Source of the DNA: Heliomicrobium sp.
GTDB lineage: Bacteria > Acidobacteriota > Blastocatellia > RBC074
Assembly (NCBI GenBank): GCA_021155085.1
Contig: JAJNQA010000048.1
Span: 4,023-68,022, forward strand
Length of the DNA: 64,000 nucleotides
Direction: 5' to 3'
The notes beneath the pieces were generated by a model, which saw only the letters and a program-made list of their open reading frames with translations, was not told where the DNA came from and did not search any database. Within the stretch, counting starts at the first letter, position 1. Every line of letters begins with the position of its first letter. Positions 35,128 to 46,512 of this stretch are shown here, piece after piece. The translations under genes were made by a program, and so were the position numbers.

Positions 35128-36786
35128 TCAAGATGATTGTTCTGATTTATCCGGCAAATCAAAATCTGAGACTTCATTGCTCAGCCCAAGCAGTTCCCAC
35201 CGTTGCAGCGAAATCGGCACATTCCCATTTTTCCAGACAAAATCATGAAAGGCGCGCAGGCTGAATTCCTTGTCCTGCGCCTGCCGCGCTTCGGCCAGGA
35301 ATTTGATGATTTGCAGTTTGCCGATCTGGTAGGTGATGGCCTGTCCGGGCGTTGAAGCAAAGAAAACCGCTTCGTGGCGCGCGGTTTCCGCATCCATCGG
35401 CGTGCGGGTGCGGAGGTATTCGGCGGCGTCTTCAATCGAGAACAAGCCGAGCGCGAGTTTCACATCCACTTCCACGCGCAGGGTGCGCAGGCGCTGAAAG
35501 CTGTACATGATTTCGCGGGTGCGCGGGCTGTCGTCGAACAGACCGGCTTGCAGCAACAGTTCTTCGCCGTAAAAGCCAATGCCTTCCATCGGGCCGGAAT
35601 CGTAATAATGCCGGCGAATCGGGTTTTCGTGCGCCCAGGAAAGCGCCATTTGGAAGTAATGGCCGGGCACGCCTTCGTGGACGATGATCGGGCGCGGATC
35701 GCGTGCGGAGGCGAGCGGGAAGTAGCTCAGCGTTGGCGACGGCGGAAAGATGTAGCTGATTCCGTTTTCATCCAGCCGGTTGGGCGAAGTCAGGTCATCG
35801 GCCACGCCCAGGTCGGAGAGCGGTTCCAGGTAAGCGGGCAGCGGCAGATTGTGGTAATGCCCGACCCCGTCGGGAACCGTCAGCAGATTCTTTTCTTCCA
35901 AAAACTGTCGAATCTTCAATTCGTCTTTGGCTTCCTGTTCGATCTGCGCCGCCTGATTTGGAAACAGCGGAAGTTCCGGCAAACCTTTGGCGCGTTCCTG
36001 TGCGATGGCTTCAAACATCAGCGAGCGTTCCCATTCCTGCTCGCCCATTGCCAGCAGTTGTTCCGGCGAGTAAGGCATCAGCGCAACGTGTTTCAGGAAA
36101 TATTCGTAGCCTTCGCGACCGACGGCGGAATCTTCGGACATTGCGGGCAGGCGCTGTTCCATCCAATCGTGAAAGGATTCCATCGCGGTGATGGCGGTTT
36201 CCGCGGCCGCGTCAAGCTCGGCGGCGCTTTCGGCGGCGAGCAGCGGTTTGAGTTCCCGGGTGACTGCGGTCAGGCGCGCGCGAATGCCGGTTGAGGTAGC
36301 CAGCGCCGCCAGCGCGAAGGGCTTGACAGCGGTCTTTTCCAGATTCGCCTTTCCGTCGGTCAGCGTCTGTGGGAAGCTTTGCAGCAGGCGAATGACGACG
36401 GCGCTGCGCTGTTGATCGAACGGGGCGTTTCGGAGCAGTTCTTCAAACAGCGCGACCAGCGATTGATCAACGTAAAACTTCGGATTGCGCTCCCAGCCGC
36501 GCGTCACGTCCAGTTCCCAATGCACGCGCGCCAGCGCAGAGCCGAGCAGCCGGTAATCCACTTGCTGCGGAATCGGCCAGGGCGAAGGATCAATCTGTTT
36601 CCAGCGCAGTTCAAAGGCCGCAAGTTGCGCGCGCTGTTGTTCAACGGAAGCCAGCGACCAATCCGGCGTCCAATCCGCCGGACGTTCCAACCTTGCCAGA
36701 TCGTCGCTGGAAACCGGTTGATAGCGGGCGCGCCATTCCCAGAAATCGCGCGCGAGTTCAGTCAGTTGTTCATACATGGTGTTCAT
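35128..36786 (-). CDS. DUF885-family protein (predicted metallopeptidase-like)
   Basis: It has the family hallmark HEGVPGHYFQ and the typical length of 552 aa. There is no signal peptide. Confidence 0.8.
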   Translation of the reverse strand: MNTMYEQLTELARDFWEWRARYQPVSSDDLARLERPADWTPDWSLASVEQQRAQLAAFELRWKQIDPSPWPIPQQVDYRLLGSALARVHWELDVTRGWERNPKFYVDQSLVALFEELLRNAPFDQQRSAVVIRLLQSFPQTLTDGKANLEKTAVKPFALAALATSTGIRARLTAVTRELKPLLAAESAAELDAAAETAITAMESFHDWMEQRLPAMSEDSAVGREGYEYFLKHVALMPYSPEQLLAMGEQEWERSLMFEAIAQERAKGLPELPLFPNQAAQIEQEAKDELKIRQFLEEKNLLTVPDGVGHYHNLPLPAYLEPLSDLGVADDLTSPNRLDENGISYIFPPSPTLSYFPLASARDPRPIIVHEGVPGHYFQMALSWAHENPIRRHYYDSGPMEGIGFYGEELLLQAGLFDDSPRTREIMYSFQRLRTLRVEVDVKLALGLFSIEDAAEYLRTRTPMDAETARHEAVFFASTPGQAITYQIGKLQIIKFLAEARQAQDKEFSLRAFHDFVWKNGNVPISLQRWELLGLSNEVSDFDLPDKSEQSS

Positions 36787-37078
36787 CAGGATTTATTTTC
36801 AACAAGGCATTTCGCCACAACGGAAACGAACAAGGGAAACAAGCAAGTAAACCATCCGGCAAATCAACGGGCTTGTAAAATTCAAAGCCGCGTTGAACTC
36901 AATTAAGATGTCCGCCGAATTGTAGCGGCGGTTTGAGTTTTACCATAAATCCGCAACTGAGTGCGCGGAAACAGAGTCTTTAGCAACGGCGTGAAAGCTT
37001 CCGGCGCCATATTCCCGAACATTCCAAAAGGAGTCATTCAGGTCGTGCATGACTCCCGAAAACAATGAAGGGGGAGGA

Positions 37079-37135
37079 CAGGTTCTCAACCTGTTCGGCC
37101 CGCAATATGTATCAATAGGGCAGGTTGAGAACCTT
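37079..37135. repeat. Inverted repeat caggttctcaacctg / caggttgagaacctt
   Basis: The 15 bp arms match at 14 of 15 positions and are separated by 27 nt. The element lies about 30 nt upstream of the ATG at 37165 in a divergent promoter region. Confidence 0.6.
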
Positions 37136-37164
37136 GCCTATTCTTTAAGAGGAGATAACCCGCA

Positions 37165-39144
37165 ATGATTCCCAGCAGGTATCGTTTGGCGTCAAAAATC
37201 ACACTGACGCTGATTTTGATGGGCAGTCTGATTTTTTCTTCAACCACCAGCATTTTTTTGACGGCGGCGGCAAAGGCTTCCGATTCGCCATTTGTCAAAG
37301 AAGATGTCAAAGACCTGGATTCTTCGTTCAGCGAATTGCGCCCGGCAATTGAGCGTTTTGTCGCCGACCGGGGCAGTTTGACGCGGTCTTATCCGGTGGA
37401 AATCTCGCCGGCGCGGCAAACACGTTTCAAACAGTTTTACTCCGACTGGCTGGCCACGCTGGGCAAGCTTAACTTCGATTCGATGAGTCTGGACGGCAAG
37501 GTGGATTACGTGTTGTTCCGCTTGCACCTTGAACACGAGTTGCAGCAGTTGGAAATTCAAAACAAGGCGCTGGCCGAAGTCGCGCCGCTGCTGCCCTTCG
37601 CGCAAACGATCACCACGCTGGCAGAAGCCCGCCGCCGGATGGAAAAGATCGAACCTGCCAAAATCGCCGTTCAACTCAACGATTTGAGCAAACAGATTGA
37701 TGCCGCACGGAAAGCGACGGAAAGCAGTTTGCGCGGCGAGCCGGGAAAGCTGAAACGGTCGGTCGCCAATCGCGCGGCAATGACGCTGGGGAGTCTGCGC
37801 AATACGCTGCGAACCTGGTTCGGGTATTACAACGGCTACGATCCGTTGTTCACCTGGTGGGCGGATGAACCGTACAAGGCCGTGGATGCGTCGCTGGGCA
37901 ATTACGCGACCTTTCTGACCGAACGTGGCGCCGGTTTGCGAAGCGGCGGCGCGGCAGCGGGGCCAACAATGGCTGGCGGTCCGGGTGGTGGAGGCGCTGG
38001 ACGTGGCGGTAGAGCAGGCGCAGGTGGCGGAGGATTTGGCGGCGGCGGCGGACGCGGCGCCGGCGGTGGATTCGGCGGCGGTGGCGGTGCGGTCAATGCC
38101 AGAGCGGGCGATTCCAGCGACATCATTGGCGACCCGATTGGCCGTGAAGCCTTGATGGTCGAACTGGCCGCCGAAATGATTCCCTACACGCCGGAAGAAC
38201 TGATCGCCATCGCCAACAAGGAACTGGCCTGGTGCGAGACCGAAATGAAAAAAGCCGCGCGCGAACTGGGGTTCGGCGACGATTCGATGAAGGCGCTGGA
38301 ACACGTCAAAAATCTGTACGTGGAGCCGGGCAAACAAACCGAAGTCATCAAGGATCTGGCGCTGGAAGCGATTGAATACCTTGAAAAGAACGATCTGGTG
38401 ACGGTTCCGCCGCTGGCGCGTGAAAGCTGGCGGATGGAAATGATGTCGCCAGAACGCCAACTGGTCAGCCCGTTTTTTCTGGGTGGCGAAACGATTCTGG
38501 TTTCCTATCCCACCAACACGATGGCGCACGAACAAAAGATGATGAGCATGCGCGGCAACAATCCGCATTTTTCGCGGGCCACAGTGCATCACGAACTGAT
38601 TCCCGGCCATCACCTGCAAGGCTTCATGACGCAGCGGTACAAAAGCTATCGCGGGCTTTTCGGCACGCCTTTCTGGACGGAAGGCTGGGCGTTGTATTGG
38701 GAATTGCTGCTGTGGGACCGCGGCTTCGCCAAAAAGCCGGAAGACAAAATCGGCATGCTGTTCTGGCGGATGCATCGCTGCGCACGAATCATTTTTTCGC
38801 TCAGTTTTCACCTGGAAAAAATGACGCCGCAGGAGTGTATTGATTTGCTGGTCAAACGCGTCGGCCACGAGGTGGACAATGCCACGGCGGAAGTCCGGCG
38901 CTCCTTCGCGGGCAGTTACGGGCCGTTGTATCAGGCGGCTTATTTGCTTGGCGGAATGCAGATTCACTCGCTGTACAAGGAACTGGTGGCATCGGGCAAG
39001 ATGACCAATCGCGCTTTTCACGACCAGATTCTGCGGGAAAATCGCATTCCCATCGAAATGGTGCGCGCCACGCTGACCAAACAGAAGCTGACGCGCGATT
39101 ACAAAACGACCTGGAAGTTTTATGGCGAGAATCCCGGCAACTGA
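37165..39144 (+). CDS. DUF885-family protein, secreted, with an internal Gly/Arg-rich insert (659 aa)
   Basis: GAGGAG lies upstream of the ATG and an N-terminal hydrophobic signal is present. It has the hallmark HHELIPGHHLQ. A low-complexity segment (GGPGGGGAGRGGRAGAGGGGFGGGGGRGAGGGFGGGGG) occupies about 37927-38109. Confidence 0.85.
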   Translation: MIPSRYRLASKITLTLILMGSLIFSSTTSIFLTAAAKASDSPFVKEDVKDLDSSFSELRPAIERFVADRGSLTRSYPVEISPARQTRFKQFYSDWLATLGKLNFDSMSLDGKVDYVLFRLHLEHELQQLEIQNKALAEVAPLLPFAQTITTLAEARRRMEKIEPAKIAVQLNDLSKQIDAARKATESSLRGEPGKLKRSVANRAAMTLGSLRNTLRTWFGYYNGYDPLFTWWADEPYKAVDASLGNYATFLTERGAGLRSGGAAAGPTMAGGPGGGGAGRGGRAGAGGGGFGGGGGRGAGGGFGGGGGAVNARAGDSSDIIGDPIGREALMVELAAEMIPYTPEELIAIANKELAWCETEMKKAARELGFGDDSMKALEHVKNLYVEPGKQTEVIKDLALEAIEYLEKNDLVTVPPLARESWRMEMMSPERQLVSPFFLGGETILVSYPTNTMAHEQKMMSMRGNNPHFSRATVHHELIPGHHLQGFMTQRYKSYRGLFGTPFWTEGWALYWELLLWDRGFAKKPEDKIGMLFWRMHRCARIIFSLSFHLEKMTPQECIDLLVKRVGHEVDNATAEVRRSFAGSYGPLYQAAYLLGGMQIHSLYKELVASGKMTNRAFHDQILRENRIPIEMVRATLTKQKLTRDYKTTWKFYGENPGN

Positions 39145-39238
39145 TTGCACGACTGGCCTGATTGATCGCCCAGGGAGCGAAATGCGCACTCCCATATTGA
39201 ATATGTTCCGGCCAGCCGCCTTGCCGTGGGTTTAGGCT

Positions 39239-39946
<708 letters not shown>

Positions 39947-40073
39947 GATATTTCATCCTTTTCAGCCACGGAGTTCACGAGGATACAGAGGTAAACTTGA
40001 AAACTTCTCTTCTTCCTCTGTGGTCTCCGCCGCGGGGTTATTTCCGAGTCGTGCCTTATTTGCCCTATTTGCC

Positions 40074-41465
40074 CTATTTGGTTGCAGTTTTTGGGCGAAC
40101 TTTCTGCCCGTCTTTCAATTCCGCCGGCGGATTGACGATTAAATCCTCTCCGCCGATCAAGCCGCTGGAAACGGTTGCGCCCTGCGGCGAAGTGCCCGCC
40201 ACCTTCACCGGGCGGCGGACGGCTTTTCCGTCCAGCATCACGAACACCGCGCCGTCGCGAACCGCCGAAGCGGGAATGGTAATGAACGGCTTTGCTTCCG
40301 CCTCACCGCTGATGGCAGTGCGTTTGACAGCCTGAAACGCCACGCTGGCGTTCATTTCCGGGCGCAGAAATTCATCCGGGTTGACGACTTTGACCTTCAC
40401 CTGAACGGTCGCTTTCTGGCGATTGGCTTCGGGCGAAATCTCGTCAATCTCGCCCTGGTACTTGCGATCCGGATAGGCGTCGGTGGTCACGGTTGCAGGC
40501 TGACTTGCGCCGAGTTTGGCGAAATCGTTTTGATTGATGTCGAGTTCTACTTGCAGGTCGTTCAAATCGGCCAGCGAGACAACATAACCTTTCGCGCCCC
40601 GGTCGCTGGCAAAGCCCGTGGTGACGAATTCGCCGCGTTCGACATTGCGTTCCAGAATGACGCCGGAAATCGGCGCGCTGATGACTGTGTTTTCCTGCTG
40701 CGACCGCGCGAAAGCGAGCGAACCTTCAGCCTGTTTGACCTGAGCGCGCGCGGCGTCAATGTCTTCGCGGCGCGGACCAGTGCGAACCAGCGCCAGGCTT
40801 TTTTCAAAAGAAGCGAATCGCGCCGCCTGTGCGTCGTAGCGGGCCTGCGCATCGTCCAGCGTTTGTTTGGCCTGAATGCCTTGTTCCACCAGTGTGCGCG
40901 TGCGATTCAAACTGGTGCGGGCATTTACCAGATCGGCGCGAACCTGTTCCAGTTCCGCCTGACTGCGCGCGGTTTCCTCCGGGCGCGAACCGTTTTCCAG
41001 CGCCGCCAGCCGCGCTTTCAACGAAAGCAATTGCCCCTCGGCTTCCATCACACGGGCGCGAAATTCTTCGTCCTCCAGCCGGACCAGCACCTGGCCTTGT
41101 TTGACGCGGTCGCCTTTTTCCGCGCCGATCCAGGCGACGCGGCCTGAAACCTTGGAAGCCAGCGCGATCTTGTGCGCGGCGATGATATAGCCGGTGGCGT
41201 TGAGAATCGTTGTGTCGCCCGGAGCCGAGGACGAAGCCGAGCGCACGCGCACCGTCTCGACTTCGGTCGCGGCGTTCAATCTGGCATAGACCATCCAGCC
41301 GCCTGACAGCGCTGCCAGCAGAACCACGACGAACAGCACCCAGCGCCAGGTCTTTCGTGCGGATTTGGTTGCCTGTTTTGCGGAACGATCGATCCGCAGG
41401 CTTTTCAATCCCGCGTCCATTGTCTGCGGGCGTTCTTCACCCATTGGTGTTTGAGAATTGTGCAT
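40074..41465 (-). CDS. Efflux periplasmic adaptor (HlyD/MacA/DevB-type membrane fusion protein)
   Basis: It has an N-terminal TM segment ([21 protein letters not shown]), a long alpha-hairpin region rich in A, R, Q and E, and beta-barrel-like ends. Confidence 0.85.
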   Translation of the reverse strand: MHNSQTPMGEERPQTMDAGLKSLRIDRSAKQATKSARKTWRWVLFVVVLLAALSGGWMVYARLNAATEVETVRVRSASSSAPGDTTILNATGYIIAAHKIALASKVSGRVAWIGAEKGDRVKQGQVLVRLEDEEFRARVMEAEGQLLSLKARLAALENGSRPEETARSQAELEQVRADLVNARTSLNRTRTLVEQGIQAKQTLDDAQARYDAQAARFASFEKSLALVRTGPRREDIDAARAQVKQAEGSLAFARSQQENTVISAPISGVILERNVERGEFVTTGFASDRGAKGYVVSLADLNDLQVELDINQNDFAKLGASQPATVTTDAYPDRKYQGEIDEISPEANRQKATVQVKVKVVNPDEFLRPEMNASVAFQAVKRTAISGEAEAKPFITIPASAVRDGAVFVMLDGKAVRRPVKVAGTSPQGATVSSGLIGGEDLIVNPPAELKDGQKVRPKTATK

Positions 41466-41488
41466 AAATAAAGTGAGTCAGATTTCGA

Positions 41489-42655
41489 TCAACCCTGCCG
41501 CAACGCGGTCAGAATCTCTTTTCGCGCCGCCGAATTGGCGGGAAAGAATCCGCCGAGCGTGCCCATCACCAGCGCAAACACAATGCCTGTCAGCATGATT
41601 TCCGGCGTGACGCGCAATCCGAAACTGAATTCGCTGAAGGTGACGAAGCTGCCAATGCCTGTCGTGAAGTTGTTGAGAGGTAAAACCAGCAGGCAGCCGA
41701 TGATTCCGCCAAGCAGGCTCAGCAGCAGCGATTCGATCATGAAGCTGGTCAGGATGCCCAGCTTGGAAAACCCCAGCACGCGCAATGTGCCGATTTCCGC
41801 CGACCGGCGCGCAACCGCCGCATACATCGTATTCATTGCGGCGAAGCTGGAACCGATGGCCATGATGATGGCAACGAAAATCCCCAGAAACTGGATCGGC
41901 GCGGCGGAACTGGTTTGTGATTCGTAGTAAGAGCGTTCGGAAACCGCGTCGAAGTTCAACCGGCGGTCGCTGGTCAAATCGTTGATCAATGCCTGCATCG
42001 AAACCGCATCGGCGGCGCGAATCAGCGCTGAACTCAATCCCGCCTCGCGGTTTTGATCCGAAGCCAGTTGCGCCAGATCGCAGAAGATTTCGCTGTTTGC
42101 CGCCGACCGCCCGGCGTCCATGATTCCAACGACTTCCCAATCGCCGCGCCCGAAATCGAGTTTGGAACCGATGGAAGCTTTCGGATAACGCTTGGCCAGG
42201 CCCTTGCCCATGACAATTTCGCGGCGCCCGGACTGGAACATTCGCCCTTCGGTAATTTTGATGTCTTCGCGCATTGCGAAACCGCTTGTGGTCAGCCCGC
42301 GCAGACTGATATTGACGCCAGCGGGGTTTTCCGGGCTTTCCAGCAAAATGACCGTCACCAGTTCCAGCGAAGCCATCGGCTCTCCGTTCGCCGCGCGGGC
42401 GATTCCCGGTTTGGATTTGATGATCTGGAACTGCTCCGGCGTCATCGAAGAACCGAGTTCGGAACCCGCGCCTTTTCGCGTGGCCAGAATATTTAGCGGA
42501 TGTCCCGTCCCGCTCAGCGAGGTTCGCAAGCCTTCCACCAGAGCCAAAACAGCGAGCAGCACCGCGACGGTCAAACCAATGCCGAGCGCGGTCATGATCG
42601 TTGTCGTTCGCCGCGTAATCAGATTGCGCAAGTTGTAAGAAATGGGAATTTTCAT
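41489..42655 (-). CDS. ABC transporter permease, FtsX/MacB-type (388 aa)
   Basis: It opens with N-terminal [28 protein letters not shown] and has a large periplasmic loop. The C-terminal FtsX four-helix region contains the [15 protein letters not shown] motif. Confidence 0.88.
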   Translation of the reverse strand: MKIPISYNLRNLITRRTTTIMTALGIGLTVAVLLAVLALVEGLRTSLSGTGHPLNILATRKGAGSELGSSMTPEQFQIIKSKPGIARAANGEPMASLELVTVILLESPENPAGVNISLRGLTTSGFAMREDIKITEGRMFQSGRREIVMGKGLAKRYPKASIGSKLDFGRGDWEVVGIMDAGRSAANSEIFCDLAQLASDQNREAGLSSALIRAADAVSMQALINDLTSDRRLNFDAVSERSYYESQTSSAAPIQFLGIFVAIIMAIGSSFAAMNTMYAAVARRSAEIGTLRVLGFSKLGILTSFMIESLLLSLLGGIIGCLLVLPLNNFTTGIGSFVTFSEFSFGLRVTPEIMLTGIVFALVMGTLGGFFPANSAARKEILTALRQG

Positions 42656-42673
42656 AAGCTTTTAGCCGAAGGA

Positions 42674-43846
42674 TCAATCAGTTACCTTCAATGCCTCTAC
42701 GATGGGCCGACTGGATGCGCCCCAGGCGGGGATGATCGAACTGACAAAGCCGATCAGCATTGCCACCAGCAAACAAATGACGACCACCGAAGGCGGCAAC
42801 GTCATCTGGCTCAGATTGGCGAAGGTCGAAGGAAGTCCGCGAATCAACAGGCATAATCCGCCGGCCAGCGCCAATCCGATGACGCCGCCGATCAGCGAAA
42901 TCAGGACCGATTCGCCAATCATCATTCCCAGCACATGGCCTTTGGTGAAGCCCAGCGTTTTCAGCACGCCGACTTCGCGCACGCGTTCGCGCACGGCCAT
43001 CGCCATCGTGTTTCCCGAAACCAGCAGGATGGTGAAGGTCACCGCCGCGCAAATCGAAAGCAGCATCAGTTTCACGTTGCCCAGGAAAGACAGGAAACTG
43101 AGTTGAAAGGCCAGCTCGGTTTCGGTTCGGGTCTGCGCAGGGGAATTGCGGAAAGTGTCGTCAACGGTTTTGGCGATGGCATTGGCATCTTCGGCGCGCT
43201 CCATGCGAATGGTGAAGGTGCTGACGATGTCCCGAAAGTTTGCCGTCGCGGCCACACTCTCGTTCAGGTATTTGTAGCTGAAAAACATGCTTTCGCTGTC
43301 GAGCGGATTATCGAAAATGCCGCGCAGTGTGAAATCGAGCGTGACGGGAAAGAAATCGCCAACCAGCGTTACGCGGTCGCCCAGTTTCAGGTTATGGCGT
43401 TGGGCGGTTTTGCGTCCGAGGATGCAGCCGGTTTGGTCAGCGACGAATGCTTTCAGTTCCTCTTCCGGCAGCTTGTATTCCGGATTGATGGTGCTGAACT
43501 TTTCCGGCTCCACGGCGAACCTCGCGAAAAAGTTCGCCGGGTCGCGCGCGTCCTTGTACACGCCGCCGAACCATTGCGTGATCATCACTTCCTTCACGCC
43601 CGGCGCTTGTTTGATCTGTTGCTGATAGGAAAGAGGCAGGGAATTGGCCAGCGAAACGCGATGGCGCGTGATCAGACGCAGCGCCTGGTCGGCGGTCGCT
43701 TCGGTGAAGAAAAACGAGTGATACAACGCCAGCATCAGCCCCAGCAAACACAGCGATGCCGCAATGCTGGCGATGGTCAGAAAACAGCGGCGGCGATTGC
43801 GGAAACTGTTTTTCGCAATCATCGGCAGGTAACCGGCGACATTCAT
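42674..43846 (-). CDS. ABC transporter permease, FtsX/MacB-type (390 aa), first gene of the operon
   Basis: It has the same architecture (IAKNSFRNRRRCFLTIASIAAS..., RERVREVGVLKTLGFT). AAGGTGA precedes the ATG at 43846. Confidence 0.88.
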   Translation of the reverse strand: MNVAGYLPMIAKNSFRNRRRCFLTIASIAASLCLLGLMLALYHSFFFTEATADQALRLITRHRVSLANSLPLSYQQQIKQAPGVKEVMITQWFGGVYKDARDPANFFARFAVEPEKFSTINPEYKLPEEELKAFVADQTGCILGRKTAQRHNLKLGDRVTLVGDFFPVTLDFTLRGIFDNPLDSESMFFSYKYLNESVAATANFRDIVSTFTIRMERAEDANAIAKTVDDTFRNSPAQTRTETELAFQLSFLSFLGNVKLMLLSICAAVTFTILLVSGNTMAMAVRERVREVGVLKTLGFTKGHVLGMMIGESVLISLIGGVIGLALAGGLCLLIRGLPSTFANLSQMTLPPSVVVICLLVAMLIGFVSSIIPAWGASSRPIVEALKVTD

Positions 43847-44223
43847 ACGTTCACCTTTGCGCTATGGTTAGGCGGGCAGTACGGCTTCTCTGTCCGCAAA
43901 ACAATTTCGAATGTGTGGAAAACAAAAACTTTTTGGCAACTCAAATCAACCTGAGATTGATGCCGCATAAACTAGCATAAGCCGCGAAGAATGTAATTCC
44001 TCCAAGTGACACCCCTATGTCAGCAGCGAAAAACACTGCTGATTTTTTTTCGCCGGCCTGCCGGTCAGGTTCGCGGTTTGTGGAAACCCAAATGCGAAAA
44101 TCAACCTGGCGGGAAATGGTGAAGTTTTTGAGAATGTCATCGGCGAATAGACGCAAGTTCATGGGATGCAATATAGTTCGCCGCGTTCATCCAAAATCAA
44201 CAGGCATATTTTCACTCGTGAAT

Positions 44224-45708
44224 ATGATTCAACTCACTTACGGCACAACGCATGATCTGCCTGATGCGGCGGACTTCGTCAACACTTTGAATTCATTGGG
44301 GCGTCACCCGCTGAAGGAGGCGCGCGAGCTTTTTACGCCGGGCGCGGAATTGATTGTCGCGCGAGCGCCGGGACGGTTGGACGTGATGGGCGGCATCGCG
44401 GATTACTCCGGTTCGCTGGTGCTGGAAATGCCCATTCGCGAAGCGACCTTTGCCGCCTTGCAGCGTGATCCGGCCCGCAATCTGAAGATGGTCAGTCTGC
44501 CCCAGGATGGCGAGCAAGCGTTGACGTTTGAAATGCCGCTCTCTGAATTGGAAGGGTTGGATTATGACACTGCTCGCGCTCGTTTCCGGCAGGATCCAAC
44601 GCAGCATTGGGCGGCGTATGTCGCCGGGGTGTTTCTTGTCCTGATGCGGGAACGCGGAGCCGATTTTCGCGCAGGTGCGAAATTGCTGATCTCTTCCACC
44701 GTTCCGCAGGGAAAAGGGGTCAGTTCTTCCGCCGCGCTGGAAGTCGCGACCATGCAGGCCGTGGCAGCGGCGTTCGACATTTCCCTGGACGGACGCGAGA
44801 CCGCCATTCTTTGTCAGAAAGTCGAAAATCTGGTGGCGGGCGCGCCCTGCGGCGTGATGGATCAAATGACCGCAGCCTGCGGCGAAGCGAATCAGTTGCT
44901 GGCCTTGCTTTGCCAGCCGGCGGAACTTCGCGGCCTGGTTACGATTCCGCCTGGGATTGCCTTCTGGGGACTGGATTCCGGTGTGCGTCATGCCGTAACT
45001 GGCGCGGACTATGGTTCGGTGCGCATCGGCGCATTTATGGGGTATCGCATTTTGGCGGAGTTGGCAGGATTGGCGGTTGGCAAAGCCGTGGCGGGCGAGA
45101 CGGTTCAAATTGACGATTCACGGTGGCGCGGTTATCTGGCCAATCTCACGCCGTCTGAATTTGCAGGGGGTTATGCCACGCAATTGCCGGAGCGAATGGG
45201 CGGTGCGGAATTCCTGCAACGATACGGAGGAACGACCGACGCGGTAACCCACGTGGATCCCGAAAAAACTTATGCCGTCCGCATCCCGGCGGCGCACGCC
45301 ATTTACGAACATCATCGCGTTCGCCTGTTTGCGGAATTGCTTGGCGCCAGGCTGAGCGAGCGGAATTTGGAACTGCTGGGCGAACTGATGTACCAATCAC
45401 ACGCCAGTTATTCCGCTTGCGGACTGGGTTCTTCAGGCACGGATCGGCTGGTGCAGTTGGTGCGCGAGGCGGGGCCGGAGCAGGGGCTTTTCGGAGCCAA
45501 AATTACCGGCGGCGGCAGCGGCGGGACGGTCGCCGTGCTGAGCCGGAGCGAAGCCGCCAATTCGATTGCGCGGATCGCGGAAAAATACCAGCGGGAAACC
45601 GGCCATCAACCTTACATTTTTTCAGGCTCGTCGCCCGGCAGCGCGGCGTTCGGGCATTTCAAATTACGTGGTGACTTCCCAGGCCTGACGGTCACGCAGC
45701 AAGGTTGA
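44224..45708 (+). CDS. GHMP-family sugar kinase (galactokinase / L-arabinokinase-like)
   Basis: It has a galactokinase-type motif ([18 protein letters not shown]) and the GHMP ATP-binding motif ([15 protein letters not shown]). The start is uncertain. The ORF is open from 44017, but that extension contains a hairpin followed by a T8 run. Confidence 0.75.
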   Translation: MIQLTYGTTHDLPDAADFVNTLNSLGRHPLKEARELFTPGAELIVARAPGRLDVMGGIADYSGSLVLEMPIREATFAALQRDPARNLKMVSLPQDGEQALTFEMPLSELEGLDYDTARARFRQDPTQHWAAYVAGVFLVLMRERGADFRAGAKLLISSTVPQGKGVSSSAALEVATMQAVAAAFDISLDGRETAILCQKVENLVAGAPCGVMDQMTAACGEANQLLALLCQPAELRGLVTIPPGIAFWGLDSGVRHAVTGADYGSVRIGAFMGYRILAELAGLAVGKAVAGETVQIDDSRWRGYLANLTPSEFAGGYATQLPERMGGAEFLQRYGGTTDAVTHVDPEKTYAVRIPAAHAIYEHHRVRLFAELLGARLSERNLELLGELMYQSHASYSACGLGSSGTDRLVQLVREAGPEQGLFGAKITGGGSGGTVAVLSRSEAANSIARIAEKYQRETGHQPYIFSGSSPGSAAFGHFKLRGDFPGLTVTQQG

Positions 45709-46512
45709 AAGCAGCATCGTATGCAAACCATGGCCGGAGCGTGAGGCGTGAACATGGCCCAGAATCGGCATCCCGCACAACGCCAGATCTCCGATGATGT
45801 CCAGAATCTTGTGGCGGACGAATTCGTCCGCAAAGCGTAACGGCGTTGGATTCAAAATACCGTCCGGCGTCAGCGCGATGGCATTGTCAAGCGAACCTCC
45901 CCGCGCCAGGCCATTTTGTTTCAGCAACTCCAACTCTTCGACAAAGCCGAAAGTGCGCGCCGGGGCGATTTCTTTCAGGTAACTGCCGTTTTGAAAACTG
46001 ACTTCGTACTGCTGAAGTCCGATCATCGGATGATTGAAATCAATTTCGCAGGTGATGCGGAATTCTTCGGCGGGCTCGATGCTCATCGTACGATTCTTTT
46101 CGCTGACGGAAATCTTCTTCAAGACGCGCAGGTAGGCTCGCCTGGCAGGCAACTCGACGATGCCAGCTTCTTCGATTAACCTGGCCCAGGGTTGGCTGCT
46201 ACCGTCGAGAATGGGTACTTCCAGCGAATTGACCTCAATGATGGCGTTGTCCACGCCGCAACCCAGTAATGCCGACAACAGGTGTTCAACCGTGGAAATC
46301 ATGACGCCGGATTTCATCAGCGTCGTCGCGTAACTGACATGCGTCACATATTGCGGGGCGGCGGGAATTTCGAAGTCATTGAGATCCGTGCGGCGAAACA
46401 AATAGCTGGTGTAAGGCGGCGCAGGTTTGACCGTGACATGGACCGGCGAGGCTGAATGAAGGCCGATCCCCGTTGCACTGAAGCTTTTTCCAATCGTTGT
46501 TTGCTGACTCAA
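45664..46512 (-). CDS. lpxC: UDP-3-O-acyl-N-acetylglucosamine deacetylase
   Basis: It has LpxC N-terminal motifs (ATGIGLHSASPVHVTVKPAP...FRRTDL) and the conserved HxxxD-type C-terminal region (LGHVHASRSGHGLH). The TTG at 46512 gives a canonical N-terminal length. The ORF-track start at 46530 is also a TTG. Confidence 0.88.
   Translation of the reverse strand: MSQQTTIGKSFSATGIGLHSASPVHVTVKPAPPYTSYLFRRTDLNDFEIPAAPQYVTHVSYATTLMKSGVMISTVEHLLSALLGCGVDNAIIEVNSLEVPILDGSSQPWARLIEEAGIVELPARRAYLRVLKKISVSEKNRTMSIEPAEEFRITCEIDFNHPMIGLQQYEVSFQNGSYLKEIAPARTFGFVEELELLKQNGLARGGSLDNAIALTPDGILNPTPLRFADEFVRHKILDIIGDLALCGMPILGHVHASRSGHGLHTMLLSTLLRDRQAWEVTT

Noticed and set aside
41478-42677. A 399 aa same-strand alternative-frame ORF overlapping the FtsX permease gene.
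   Set aside because: The 41489..42655 frame gives canonical FtsX/MacB motifs and TM segments. The alternative frame is Arg/Gly-rich and motif-free.
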